Positions 1-13,589 are shown, counted from the first letter of the whole stretch. The stretch: 63,688 nt of DNA, filler included, from Reticulomyxa filosa (GCA_000512085.1; 21 parts of 21 records of this genome joined end to end with filler, not necessarily neighbours in it); one strand, 5' to 3'. Notes: a model not told the origin generated them from the sequence alone. A program made the numbers and translations.

Positions 1-40
<40 letters not shown>

Positions 41-41
<1 letters not shown>

Positions 42-479
42 GACGGCCCATTTGGCCCAGTGTCGAAATTGACGAAAGAGGACATTGCAAAAGGCTTCAA
101 CAGTAAAGCCTTTGGCCAAATCGACGTTGTGTTACAAGCCGCAAAGAACAGCAGCATCAATGAAAATGGTACCATAACGTTGACAACAGGTATGTTGGAC
201 CAATTTGCAATCCCTCTTGGCGCTGGCTTGTCTGCTGTCAATGGCGCTGTCAACTCGTTTGTCCGAGCAGTTGCGACTGAAATGCCTCGAGGAATCCGAG
301 TCAATGTGGTAAGCCCAGGCTTGCTCGCTGACAGTGTTCCTTATTTTGGTAGCGTCATGAGAGGCTTCAAGCCTGTGGAAGGACCAGATGTGGCCTTGGC
401 TTATATAAGAAGTATTTACAGTGGATTGAGTGGACGCATTTTTGAAGTGCTGGGCTCTAGCCATGTGCAAGAAAAATAG
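41..479 (+). CDS. Short-chain dehydrogenase/reductase (atypical, PRK07578-like), last exon; 5' part missing
   Basis: DGPFGPVSKLT...SKAFGQ...GTITLTTG...VNGAVNSFVRAVATEMPRGIRVNVVSPG matches bacterial short atypical SDRs. It follows a poly-A run ending in AG at 39-40, read as an intron acceptor. Confidence 0.85.
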
Positions 480-1867
480 ACCTTTTTTTAACGTTTGCAC
501 ACCAAAAGTAGTTTAATTTTTTTTTTTTATTGTACCTTAATCTTTTCAAAATAAGTACATTTCCATTATTGTTTTTGAAATATTCTTTTACATTTTTCCA
601 AAACATTTCTCGCAATGTCACGAATCGTACGAAAAGGCTATGAATGACAAATGAATTATTTCACACTAAGAAAAAAAGAACAATATAAGCATTTTTCAAG
701 ACTTTAAAATACAAGGAACAAGTGTGCGATCGGGTGGCACAGTGGCAACCCTTTTTTTTTTTAGAAAAGAAAAAGTTAAATAGCTTTGAACAGTTGTTAA
801 GAAAAAAAAAAGGAAAGCGAAAAGACAGACGACGAAGCATATGCAAAAGCAATAATTGCACAAATACAAAGCCAACCACTGGATATTGATGTTGGATTGG
901 AAGACACAGACCAGTCGCGTGAAAATGCTGGTCAAAGTGAAGAACAAATACATCAAATGATACCTCCATTAACTGCATACGAAACAAAGACAATTTTTCC
1001 CGAGTCTCCATGTAACGAGAAAGCTTGCTTTGCTTATTTGAAAGCGGTCGGGGGATTTGAAGCGATGTGTCGCGGTATTATTTTGTTGTTTTTGTTGTTG
1101 TGAAGATTGAGAGGAGGTCAAGTGAATGGATTAGCCCGACGAAGGAAGTAGTCGAAAAAGGGCCAGCCTTCTTCTAAGCCTGTTATGCATTAAATACAAC
1201 AGCAAAAAAAAAAAGGAGTATTCGGTGAGTAGTACTTTTCATCTCGAAGTTCCTTCGGTGTGAGACGCCGTTCTTTTTACTCATCCTTCCACAAGCAATT
1301 TCCCAAAGCGTCACTGATGACATGTATCATAAAATAATGAACACCACATAAATTTTATAACTGTGACTGCACGTTGTTCGATAAGTGTTAGTAAAATATA
1401 CACACTTGGCCAAATATAAGTGCTGTAGCTGCTTTGGCAAAGGTAAGAAGTTTTTGGTTCCAAAAAATAATTTCGTTTTAAAACAATTGGATATTGCTGA
1501 TCTCCTTGAAATAAATAAACAAGCAGTAGCCATCATTTTGGTTTTTTGTTACATTTTTCATAATTATTTCAATATTTTAAACTTTATTTTTCTTTTCTTT
1601 TTTAGTTCAATGTAGTTCGGTATTTGATTTTTTAATTTTTTTTTAAATTGCTAAAGTATTGAGAATTTTAACAAAAGACTTGCTGTTGAGCTGGAGTTTG
1701 CGCAAAGCTTCAAAAAAATGTAGTGTAAGTCATAAATGTGTAAATGAAAGATTATGTTCAATCATAAAAATATCAAAAGTTAGTTGTTGAAGCATAATCA
1801 TGTGGCCTTGCTTTGTAGTGTTATGACCTAGTTATGCATGTAACATTAATTGATTTGTCAATGCAGA

Positions 1868-1967
1868 NNNNNNNNNNNNNNNNNNNNNNNNNNNNNNNNN
1901 NNNNNNNNNNNTTAATTAATTAANNNNNNNNNNNNNNNNNNNNNNNNNNNNNNNNNNNNNNNNNNNN
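1868..1967. other. Artificial contig-joining linker (44 N + TTAATTAATTAA + 44 N); first of 20
   Basis: Identical 100-bp spacers start at 1868, 3519, 5629, 9691, 11043, 13138, 15205, 17488, 19348, 26397, 28735, 29983, 31355, 33354, 44823, 47244, 53936, 57382, 59323 and 61986. TTAATTAATTAA gives stops in all six frames. Confidence 0.98.
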
Positions 1968-2274
1968 TCTCCCTCTCTCCCTCTCTTCTCTCCTTCTCCC
2001 TCCCTTTTCAATCACGAATTGAGTGTGGACTGACCTCAAATACGAAACAATTCTATGCGAATCAAACAAAATAAAATAACAACAAAGATCAGAGACAATT
2101 GAACAGTTTTCTCGCCAGTTGGCATCGTCGTCTTTTTCCAATACCGAATTAGTCTGTCAATGGAACCAAGCCTATTCAACTTTACGTCGCAGTTTGAAAT
2201 CTATAAATTAATCTGTCACTATTTCTCCATTATCTCTAAAACAATCAAAACACGAAACATCTTTAGAACTGCAT

Positions 2275-3518
2275 ATGCCAGAGTTAAAGCTGAGTCCACA
2301 CAGGCAAATAGAAGAACTGTCCCAGTTGGATACTTCTCCATTGAGACATACGGAGCCTGTTCACAAAAATGCACATACAACGACAATTGCAAATGCAAAT
2401 ATAAATACAAATGTAAATGCGAATGTAAATACAATTACAAATACAATTGCAAATACAAATGTAAATGCAAGTGCGAGTGCGAACATAAAAAGTGCTGATA
2501 ACAAGATTACGCCCAAAATGCAGACAAACGCAGCAGTGGACACGCACGGATACAAGCCAATGCATCAGTGGGAGCGCGTCAACAATGCAAGGAACCTCGC
2601 ACAAGCCAACGCGCGGAACAAAGAGTGGTACAAGTCGATGCCAAATTCATCGTTTCAACCCGCATCGTCACTGACAACAAAAAATGGTATCAACGTTGCC
2701 AAAGAGAGTTTCCATCGAGGCCAAATGCAAACCAATGAAACGGTTGAATCAAAACGAGACGAGCCAACGCACGTGCAAGAAGACGAGTACAATGGCTCGG
2801 AATCACCAACCCTATTGGCACAAATTTTTTCGTCGCCGGCATTTGTTGACATCTCTCTCCATGATGCGCCCACCACAGCTGGACAAACTAATCCGACTTT
2901 TGAGGCTGTTCCAATCTCTGCTCCAAACGAAACCAAGTTTGATATATGTATTGTATACATATATATATGTATACAATATACACATATGCATATAATAAAA
3001 ACATTTTTTTTTTTAAAAGTTTGAACACAGCTTGTGCTCAGATACAAGCTTCAATCAACGATGACAATCAAATTGCGAACAGAAATGCTGAAAATGTCGT
3101 CGTGGATCCGATCGACGCCAATGTTGTGGGCACTCCCGAGTTTCTTGCTCCTAAAATGTCCAATCGTCGGCGAAGGGTGCTTTTGTCCACTCCAAACAGT
3201 AAAGCCGACCCCATTTCCAATGTCGTTGAAAACAAAAGGAAAGAAAGAACAGTGAAATCAACGAAGCGAGGTGAGTTGCTTTTTTTTTTTTTTTTTTTTT
3301 GGAAAGAAGAGGGGGGGGGGGAAGGAGGAGAGAAAAAAAATTACATTACCTTTTTATGTGCAATATTTATTATTTGTTTTGCAATAATAATCGGATATCT
3401 CGGAAACATGAATTTGTCTGTCTTTTCAGTGACGATAACGCAGCGCCACTGCCGAAACGAAGTTACAACTGTTCAAAAGAGAAAGGGGGAGGGAGGGGGG
3501 AGAGGAAAAAAAAAAAAA
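2275..3518 (+). CDS. Hypothetical low-complexity Asn/Thr-rich protein, multi-exon, truncated
   Basis: Long ORF 2275-2936, putative intron from 2937 containing TA/CA microsatellite, next exon ~3031-3271, then a GTGAGT donor. No recognisable domain. Confidence 0.5.
2386..2484 (+). repeat. Degenerate hexamer tandem repeat (AATRYA-like) encoding Asn-X dipeptide repeats
   Basis: aaatgcaaatataaatacaaatgtaaatgcgaatgtaaatacaattaca... translates as NANINTNVNANVNT. Confidence 0.75.
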
Positions 3519-3677
3519 NNNNNNNNNNNNNNNNNNNNNNNNNNNNNNNNNNNNNNNNNNNNTTAATTAATTAANNNNNNNNNNNNNNNNNNNNNNNNNN
3601 NNNNNNNNNNNNNNNNNNTTTTTTTTTTTTTTTTTTTTTTTTTTATTTCCCTTCCCCCCCCCTTTTTTTTTCTCAAC

Positions 3678-4424
3678 TTTTGCATTGATGATATTTCCGA
3701 CAGTGATCCAAGAAATATTGGGCACAATATAAAGCTGTTTCGTATCCACCATGCCCATCAAAAATTGCCCACGCGTGAACAAAGCCATCATGTGGATGAA
3801 TCCATGTTGTAAATGCCGCTTGGTCTTCATCAATGACCTTACGTGACATCTCCGCATATCCCCACGTTATCATATTCGGCTCTTCTTTCGAACTTTGCGC
3901 AGTTCCATCTTTTGACCTCTTTCTCGTTTCTTGTGTTTGTGTGCTCCCGTTTTTATGGTTTTGCGTACTTTCACGTGCCTTTGTATCCGTATCCTTTCTC
4001 TCTGGCTGTTTTTGTTATGTAGAGTATTTGGTGCTGTACATATGTATATGTGTACACACATATGTATACATGTATCTATTTGTTTTGGGTAATCACAAAT
4101 TAAATGCATTGCAGGCACACTCACATTGTTATTCTCTTCATCATTCATTATTGTGTCGTGATTGTCTTTCTTTAGTCCGTTACCATTCACATTGCTTTTG
4201 TCTTTATCAATTTGTGCTAAGCTGCCGTGGATAGAATTACGGTGTTGATTGTTTAATGACATGTCTCCACACACCGACTGACGCTGAGCTACGAAATCAT
4301 TTACGGATTGACGTTGCAAATTTCTCGCAGTTTCTGATCTGAATGGACGAGCATACTCCAAGATGGTAATTGGTACACTGTGAGATCTTGTCTCAGTGGT
4401 ATCTTTAGAAGGATTGAGCCCCAT
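3678..4424 (-). CDS. Protein phosphatase 2C (PPM family), N-terminal exons; putative N-myristoylation
   Basis: Exon 4424-4125, GTGAGT..CAG intron 4124-4006 (phase 0), exon 4005-3678. Encodes WGYAEM...DEDQ and AIFDGHGG (PP2C motifs 1-2). Starts MGLNPS (MGxxxS). The 3' end is cut by the linker. Confidence 0.88.
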
Positions 4425-6479
4425 TTTTGTCGATATACATCCGAATTTTTTTTTTTAGGCACACTGGATTCTGTTTGCTCATCTTGAAACTAGCAATTGA
4501 ACTTGGAAAAAAAGACAACACAGCTGTGAAGGAACAATTACCAGATCTAGAATACTAACATTGCGCTTCTCATTATTAATATTAATCATATATCCAAACT
4601 CTTAATTTTTCAATACTAAACAAAATATTCGTGATTGAAATACAACAACTGAAGTCTAGTGCGAGGATGTTTATCCTTTTTGAACATAGTTCAATAAAAT
4701 GAAATACTAAATCAACAGAACATGGAAAAAACAAAATGGCACATTGTTTGTGAAAACTAAAATAAATTTGATAATACAAATAAATATAAAGAATTTCTTT
4801 CTATATCTATTTTTGCTTTTGGATATCTTAGCACACAATATCAAAAAGCATACAACTCGACAAAATCAATATGCATAAGAATGGTAATAATTTAATGTTG
4901 CTAATATTAAAGAATATATAACAACATGAATGCAATAAATAATAACGTATTGTTGACAGAAAAAATATATTATATTATTGTTATAGTCAATTAGCAATGC
5001 GATTATGTTAACAGAACATTTTTACATAACATAATATAATTTTGTTTTTTTTTCTTTTGTTGTTGATTTTGCTACATTTATATATATATATTTTTTATTG
5101 TTGTTTTCATGAAAAAACACAGTTTTATTACAAGAATTTGTTATAATATGTAATGTTTTTTTGTAATTTTTTTTCATTTTAATCTGTAAACCAAAAATTT
5201 TAATGATTGATGTGAAAATACATAACTGGTTTTGTTATATCCAATAAAACAAAAATGATTTTCTGTTATTTTTCCTTTGTAAGATTTAATGTTTTTGATT
5301 GCAAGTTAAAACTTTGCACATTTTGATAAAGTACAATTTTTTTTATCAACTTTCGATATTCCCTTGAACTTTGTTTGACCAGACGTCTTTCTCTTCTTCT
5401 CAGGAGTTTAATATAAAACACTGAAAAAGCTGATGTATTTGTCTCGACCTGAGCGAACAAAATAAATTTGACTCCTGCAAAAGAGAACCAGTTGGCTAGT
5501 CTTCCACACGTCTCAGAGAAGCATGAAAAAAATAAGAATTACACACCTCGTCACACATCAATGGCAAGCACACCAATAAAAAAAGGAAAAACGCATCACC
5601 ATTCTGGGAAACAAGTAAATCGCAGTTTNNNNNNNNNNNNNNNNNNNNNNNNNNNNNNNNNNNNNNNNNNNNTTAATTAATTAANNNNNNNNNNNNNNNN
5701 NNNNNNNNNNNNNNNNNNNNNNNNNNNNATAAATAGAAATTTTTTAAAATAAAAAAAATCTGCATTACTATTTTTGATTGAAATGCATAATTCCAACAAA
5801 GAAAACAAGATGAAAGAGTTTGATGTTCTATTTTATACTTTATTGTTTACATTAGTATTTTTGAATAATAGAAAAGGAGAAACTCTGTTTTTTTTGATAG
5901 ATTATGACAAATTGTGATTATACACAGGAATGCCACTTGAAGTATTTTTTATATTGATAAAACAAATTAGAATTAAAAATCAAAAAGTCATTATATTGAT
6001 ACATATTTTGTATCTCTTTAGAACAAGAAAATACAGTGAATGAAACTAATGATATAACAGGATTGTACAAAAGGACATGGAAAAAGCAGAAATTGGAGGA
6101 ATCAATTTACAAGAGTATTGCAGCAATGACATTAATGTTGCAAAAATCCTTTTCACAATGGTATCATCTAAGAAATATTAATCCATCAAATATCTTTTAG
6201 ATATTATTTATGAAATTTGCATTTAAGCAATTTTAATGTTTCAAAGTCGAATATTCACATTTTACTCTTCAAGCTTAGCAAAGTAATAATCAATTTAAAA
6301 ACAAACACATGCAAAGTTTATAAAAGTTGTGTTAAATTATACTTTTCGTTTCAACATAAAAGTTCCTTTTTTTGTTTTCAAAAAGAAATATGCAAAATAA
6401 ATTACAACAACGTTTTCCAAAAACTTATTTTTTCTTTGTATTTTTGTTTAAATAATAATTTAATTGTTTTATTGATACC

Positions 6480-7541
6480 TCCTTTATAGCAATAATCAAA
6501 TACAACATAAATAAGATTGAATATTTACATAGTTATTTGTGTATATCATTCTTCACTCAGGTTAATATTTGATTATATAAAAAAAAAAATCTACAAATAT
6601 TAAAAAAAAGGAATATTACCAAATTTGAAATATTCTTCCATTCACTCATTATTGTCTTCATATGAGTTGATAGTACTTTATTTTTATGATCAATTCCTCC
6701 AATTATATGTACATAAGTGTTATTTTCATTCAATAATACAATGGAATAGGTAAAGTATGTTTAAATGTGATCCATGTATTATCTTGTATTGAATACTGAT
6801 ATACTGATTTTGAAACACGTTTTCCAACTCCACCAAAGAACACATATGCATATGAATTTAATGATGCAATATCATCACAAACATATAGTTGATGAAATTG
6901 AAAAATGTTGTTATTTTCATCATATTCAATTGATAATCCTGTATTTTGATGAAACAATAACATTTGATAAATTTGTTTATTTGTTTTCATCATTTCTTGT
7001 TCATATTCATTTTCTGATTTTAATATAAAACAATGACTTCGAATACAATCACTAATTGGTAAAATATCATGTTTAATAAATTGAAATGTATTTAAATTAA
7101 ATAAATAACAAATGATTGTTGATTCCACCAATCACTGCACGCATTTCAACATAAGTACCATATCCTCTTCCAATGATAATTGGATGATTATTATTGTCTG
7201 TAAAGGGAATCCATTCATTATAATTATCACTATTCCAAACACTTATATATTTCATCACCAATGTATGTTCATTATCTCTGTACCAATCAGATCCAAAAGA
7301 TAACAAAGTGATTTCATTTCTGTCTTTTTTATTATTTTTATTATCTTCCAGTTTCACTATACAGTGTCCATGTATTGAACATCATTTGGATATGATAAGA
7401 ATAACAAGCTCTTTTACAAAGACCTCCACAAATGAGGAGTTCGTGTTTATGAAGCACACATTGAGATTGATAAAGTGTAATGGGCACTTCTTTCAAAGTT
7501 TAAAAGCTGGTCGAAGTACGACTTGTATTTTTATTACCCAT
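6480..7541 (-). pseudogene. Decayed kelch-like beta-propeller gene of an expanded family
   Basis: MGNK..FQTLKEVP..SQCVLHKHELLICGG, EITLLSFG, AVIGGINNHLLFI, FFGG..SVYQYSIQDNTW are spread over several frames with stops. Confidence 0.75.
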
Positions 7542-7939
7542 GCTATTAATTTTTTTAAACAAAGACCCTTTTGAAAAAAGTGCATGTTAGTGACAAAAAT
7601 CAAAATGGTACTTTATGAAAATAATAGATTTTCTATATTTTTTCAAAATTTATAAATAAAAGCTGTCTTTAAATATTGCAAACCTACTTAACTTGCATTA
7701 AAATAATTAAAATGCAAAAATTTGAATTTTTGAAAAAATGTATAATTTTTATGATAAGATATTTTTAGGTATTCAGTTTTTTTGCAATCTATTTTCTTTG
7801 GGAGAAAATCGATTATTTATATAAAATACCTTTTTATATGTCAACCTTCTTTTGCATTCTATTGGATCAAATGAATTAGTGAATACAATATTATCATGAC
7901 TAGAGATAAAAGTGTTCGTTTGTGTGACATTCAATCTAG

Positions 7940-8030
7940 TCAATAAATTCAAGTGAATATTCAAGTTGGTGGTAATTTAATGGATCTAATGATAATACAA
8001 TTCGTTTTTTTTTTTTTGGATATTCAATTA
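7940..8030 (+). pseudogene. WD40 repeat relic
   Basis: ggatctaatgataatacaattcgttttt...tggatatt encodes GSNDNTIRF..WDI, interrupted by a T-run. Same motif as the WD40 genes at 19095 and 29214. Confidence 0.5.
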
Positions 8031-9790
8031 AATGAGGAATCTATGTGATCAAAAAGAGATTTGGAAATTTAGTCTCAAATTTATACAATTAAAAAAGACA
8101 GAGTTTTATTTCGATTATCTATGTTATTAATGTTACCCGAATTTTTTTTTAAAAAAAGTATGTAAATGATAATATATTGATAAATTAATGAATATCATAA
8201 TATACTTGCATTACACAAGGTCCAATCTCTTCAAAGTGTGATACACTTTAAATCTAATTGAAATTTAATCCTTCGTGATGATATTTTATAACTTTCCATT
8301 TTCAGAAAATGGCATGTAGCATTCTGCTAGATGATTACAAATTGTACTGTTAAATAATGATATACTTAAGTATTGTTTCATCTAAAATAATTTTTTTTGT
8401 TTTTATTATCATTTGCAAACTTTGATCTTTTGGTTATAATTCATATGTAATTTTGGTTTTTTTAAAGTAATTGTTAAGTACATATTATTGTTATTCTTTA
8501 TTATTATTTAAAGCATATATTTCTTTTATATAATTCTTTGTATGGTATTACTATTCATGATATAAACTAGATACTCATTTATTAAAATAATTTTTAATAG
8601 TGTAAGAATATATTACCAGCAAGAACTTTTGTTATACGACAAGGTGTATGTATCAAAATATGCTGTTTATCATTTCATTTTCTGTCTAAATATCAAATTA
8701 CACTCTAATAAATCAGCAAAGCCAATGACAATGTTTTTGGGGCATATCCTACACATTTCAAAAATGAAAGAAATGTCGTATTGATTAAAAAAGAACAAAT
8801 AAAAATTACTTTTGAGCAAACGTATTAAATTTAGTTAGGAAGACGAACATTTACAAATAGAATGCTTAAAACTTGCTAGCCTGCAAAGTGATTTACATAG
8901 ATTCGCTAGAATTGAAAAATATCTGAAATAAGAATATATTAAGAACTAAAAATCAAAAATAAAGTTTTTTAAAAGTGCTTGAAACATACATTGAGCACTC
9001 AAAACAACTTACACAGATCAAATCCCACAAAACAATTAGATTCCAAAAGTGAAAAAAATGTCAAAGAATCTAGTATAAATAATTCGGGCCACTGTAAACA
9101 TGAAAGGAAGATAGTACATTGAGTACGACCACGGCGTTCAGTACGTAGATAGCGATTAGATTTTGGACTGACCTAAATAAAATAATCTTTCTCTGCATCA
9201 AAGTCAGGTGAATATTGGATTAACCTCCGTAAAAAAATCACATCCAGTGATGATCACTAGATCCCTTTCTTCGTTTATGTATATATCTAAATAGCATTTT
9301 TTTTAGTTTTGTTGTATTTCGAGTATATTTCTTCGATAATCTATATCAAACAAACAAAAAACAAATAATATGTAACATGTAATAAATAATAATAACAATG
9401 GCAATGTTTAATCTAAACTTTATTGACTCCCGATTCTTCGATATATTCAAAATTCAAAACTAATTCTTCCACATCATCAGCGATGTGATCTTTCATGAAT
9501 TTTCATAAGTGATTTCAATACGATTCACTCCCGTTTTTTTGTTACCAAAAAAAGCGCTGTTTGCTTTTTTCAATATTTTCCAACAATTTCACAAAATGTA
9601 TAACTCTTTCATATCTTTGTCAATATACGGACAAAGAAATATGAAAGTCATATTTGAAACTATATTTGAACTCCCCCCTCCCCCCCCCCCNNNNNNNNNN
9701 NNNNNNNNNNNNNNNNNNNNNNNNNNNNNNNNNNTTAATTAATTAANNNNNNNNNNNNNNNNNNNNNNNNNNNNNNNNNNNNNNNNNNNN

Positions 9791-11042
9791 TGTGGCAAGT
9801 CGTCATGATTTATTATTTGGCTACACAACTGAGTCAATGGGACCGAGCTGTTCAAACATTCTTGGACGATCAAATTGATGCCAAAGTGAAGTTTGAACAA
9901 TCTCAAACAAGCAAAAAAAACAAACAAACACGCGTACACTCACTTCACCTACACAATCTACGCACGCATACATATATGTGTCAATATGTCTTTTGAAAAC
10001 AAAAAAAAGGTATATTGATTGAAGCCATGCGAAATGACTGATGGGTAATCTTGGACGAATTAAACTTGGCACCTAGTGAAGAGCTAGAGACATTGAACCG
10101 ATTAGTGGGCGACAACAGAGAACTGGTCATAACGGAAACACAAGAAGTGGTGCGCTATCATCCCGATTTTATCATATTCGCTACGCAAACCCGGCTGGTG
10201 TCTATGGCGGTCGAAAGCAATTTGCCGCGAGCATTTAAAAACAGTTTTATTGAATTGCATGTCGATGAAATTCCACATAATGAATTGATCGACATTTTAC
10301 GCAAAAGGTTAGTTTATTGTATGATTACAACAACAACATATACATATATGTATATATATTGCATTTGATTGGAACAGATGTGGAGTGGGACCCTTTGCTA
10401 ACTGCATGATGTCAGTGATGCAAGATCTCCAACAAAGACGAATTCGTGGCGACATATTTGCAGCATTACAGCGCAAGACTTGTTTCGCTGGGCCGAGCGA
10501 CACATACAATCGTATCAAGCGCTAAGTGATAGTGGATTTATGCTAATATCAGAGCGCTGTCGCAACGTGGAGGAAAAAAAGATTGTGATGGAAGTGCTGA
10601 AAAAACATTGAAAACACCAAATGGACGAGCAGTCGTTGTACAACCTCGTGGAATGCGCAAAGTTGTCGCAGAAATTGTAGCCAAGGCAGCAGCAACGACG
10701 ACATGAAAGACTTTTCTTATGCGAACGCAAAGAAAGGAATTGAGAGTATCAGTCAGACATACTCGATGAAGCGACTGTTCAAATTGGTGAGCGCGTGCCC
10801 GTGCTGTTGGTAGGTCCGACTGGCGCCGACAAAACGACCGTGGTTCAAATGCTGGCATTTTTGAGACAATAAAACTTGCGAATGATTAATTGTCACCAAA
10901 ACACGGAAACGAGTGCCTTCGTTACTTCTTTCAATTCTTTTTTTAAATATAAACCATCAATTTGTTATATGGCATGTAAAGAATTTTATTGTGTTTGTAA
11001 AAAAAAAAGAAAAAAAAAAGGGGGAAACACTACGATGACAAA
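9791..11042 (+). pseudogene. MDN1: Midasin (MDN1/Rea1) AAA+ ATPase fragment, disrupted, introns retained
   Basis: EAMRND*WVILDELNLAPSEELETLNRL..DNREL...HPDFIIFATQ(N)PAGVYGGRK..RAFKNSFIELHVDEIP, then PVLLVGPTG..KTTVVQ..RMINCHQNTETS. In-frame stops at ~10039 and ~10870, plus frameshifts at ~10190 and ~10222. Confidence 0.88.
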
Positions 11043-11142
11043 NNNNNNNNNNNNNNNNNNNNNNNNNNNNNNNNNNNNNNNNNNNNTTAATTAATTAANN
11101 NNNNNNNNNNNNNNNNNNNNNNNNNNNNNNNNNNNNNNNNNN

Positions 11143-11350
11143 TTACCAAATCAAATGAAAGATTAAAATTTTTGAAAAAATTAGAAGACTTAAAAAAAAA
11201 CCAAAATGATATTTAAAAACTACATTATTCGTAGATTTTTTTTTAAATAAAAAAAAAATTTTGATTAAATGTTGTTTTTTCATGGAGAAACACAATCATC
11301 TTATATAAGGTGGCATTTTAGGTGTCAACTTTCTTTTTTATCTTACTGTA
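11143..11350 (-). mobile_element. Partial copy (one TIR end) of the TA-flanked MITE family
   Basis: Reverse complement reads TA|CAGTAAGATAAAAAGAAAGTTGACACCTAAAATGCCACCTTATA..., homologous to 20404 and 29812. Runs into the contig start. Confidence 0.75.
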
Positions 11351-12476
11351 TTACTTTTGTGGCTACATATAGATTTAAAAATTTTATCGCAGTAAACAAT
11401 AATTTACAAGGACACTAACAATATCTTGAAATTTGGAAAAACAGATCAATATTTACAATGTGTCATTTTATGTGTTCAGTTTTTTTCAAATTACTTTGTC
11501 TTTTTAAATTTAAGTTTTTGTCGTGTTGCGTTTTGATTACCAATTATAGTGTGATTAATTGTAAATAAACATTTTTTAAAAAAATTTTTCTTGTTATGAT
11601 TTGTCATAAAAAAGAGCTAGATATTGCAATTTGATTTTAATTATAAGTGCAATCAATAGTACTTATTTTTTGTCATCAATACGATAGTAAATTAATATAT
11701 TGAATTTAGCTATCGAAATCTTACCAAATAAAATCTCATTACAGCTAACGAAAAAAACTTGATGTATTGTTTTATGATAGAACAGACTTTTGACAGCGAA
11801 TTTGCGCGACAGAAAATGTCAAAAAGCAACAAAATTGTTTGTACTTACTGGATATATCATTTGCATTGCATCTGTTCATCACATGACGTAATATTTACTT
11901 ATCATGTATGATGACATACACTGTTAAGAGAAGTTTCAAGTGAACTGTGGAACCCCCATCCCATTGGCTAAACTCTTTTACAAAACCAACACTTACTTAT
12001 TTACTGGTTTTGTTTCTCATTTGTTTTTTTAAATTACTTTTGTTTTACTTTGAAATTAGCTTAAAAAATTTATTTCCTTTTCATATTGCACTTGTCGTGC
12101 AAAGTAGCTGACCTTACTCTCCCTACATTTATTTAAAGTATAAAATATGAGTTTTAATTTTTTTAAACAGATAACTACTCCACTTCTCTGCAAAATTTAA
12201 TAAAAAATATTGTTTTCATACAAAAATTAAATAAAACCTGTTACAAATTGGACAATATTTGTGATTTAAAATCGATAAAATTGCTCTTCAAGAGATATAA
12301 TCATAAAGTAGCACTTAGGATAGATTTTATTTTCACAGATCATGTAGTACAAGTTGACTATATTCTAATTTCTGAGTGGCAGAACTGTGTAGTAGTTTGC
12401 TTGCTAAAAACAAGTTAAAGGTGTTGGTGGAATGGTAGAAAAATTCGAACGGCGATAATAAAAAGTGAAACAATTA

Positions 12477-13137
12477 TGTCCACATCATCAACCGGGTTGC
12501 CGGAGGCTGAAGCTTTCAACCTCAGCAACAGTGGGAATTTGGCTTTTTTCATAGTGTGTGGTGGTAAAATGTAAAGAAACACCCTCTCTTTTTTTTTTTT
12601 AAGAATGGTATGACAAAAACAACACAATGAATACAAACAGTTATTGCGGTAATATTTGAGGCGTACGTCATCCATGGATATTTGAGTTTGCCAGTTGAGA
12701 AAAGACTCTGTACGTTTGAAATAAAAAGGATATAAAAAGGAGTAGTGGAACAATTAAAAAAAAAAAACGACTCCAACAGAAATCGAAGCGATCAGTTCCA
12801 ATAGTATTAATATTTTGGAAAGTATTGGCAACCGGAGGGCTAGTTATAGTGCTTTTCAGCATGTTGGGGAGTATTCAAAAAGCTCCAAGTGGAAACGTTT
12901 TGTTTTTCGTTGCTCAGCAAAAGGGATACCTTTACATTCAACCCCAAAAAAAAAAAAAAAAAAAAATAAGGACGAACCAACGTGTACATGGTGGGGGTTT
13001 TTCTTCTTTTTATTTTTCACGGCAACACAAGGATATTTCGTTGGTATAACATTAGATTTATTACTGACACTGAAAAACCCATTTCGAAATCCAAATGGAA
13101 CTCCATGGAGTATTCACATTGTGATATGGACATGGTC
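12477..13137 (+). CDS. cAMP-receptor-like 7TM GPCR, N-terminal part (TM1-TM4), multi-exon, truncated
   Basis: Spliced reading: MSTSSTG..NLS..FFIVCG|VIAVIFEAYVIHGY..KRL|FPIVLIFWKVLATGG..|DEPTCTWWGFFFFLFFTATQGYFVGITLDLLLTLKNPF..IHIVIW. Shows a pre-TM3 Cys and a DLxxxLxNPF motif. Confidence 0.65.
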
Positions 13138-13589
13138 NNNNNNNNNNNNNNNNNNNNNNNNNNNNNNNNNNNNNNNNNNNNTTAATTAATTAANNNNNNN
13201 NNNNNNNNNNNNNNNNNNNNNNNNNNNNNNNNNNNNNAACTCCCTACACACAAAAACTTTGGAGTTGAAGCCTCCCCGCATTAAAAACAAAATTAAATGG
13301 TTTGTATTTTTTATTTTTTTTATTTTTAAATTTTTTTATTTTATCAAATGATGTATGTCTGGAATAGGCATGCCTCCATCAAAATAATATATTTGCCCCC
13401 TCCCCATCGCAAAAGAAAAAAAAAAAATAGTTGATTGGAATTGGAGCTTCAGCTCCAGCGCAAACGTATGCATTTGTTTTTTTTAAATGAAAAAATTATT
13501 CAAATTTATGATTGTGTTTATAGGTTCAATGATCAAAGAAAAGATTGGAAAAGTTTATTTTTTTTTATTTTTTTTACTTCTATTTTAGA

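Noticed and set aside
880-1450. Short ORFs downstream of the SDR, including a VTLWEIACG kinase-like word on the minus strand
   Set aside because: No other kinase motifs and no coherent gene model.
1699-1709. AGCTTTGCGCA on the minus strand, matching the U4 snRNA 5' end
   Set aside because: Only 11 nt, semi-palindromic, with no continuation of U4 structure.
1912-1923. Recurring TTAATTAATTAA palindrome flanked by Ns (repeat- or CRISPR-like periodicity)
   Set aside because: Artificial six-frame-stop linker. ORFs ending in X-runs or LIN are artefacts, and gene neighbourhoods across linkers are not real.
2160-2498. Cys-rich CKCKYKYKCKC ORF (metallothionein-like)
   Set aside because: Alternative frame of the Asn-X hexamer repeat inside the longer ORF starting at 2275.
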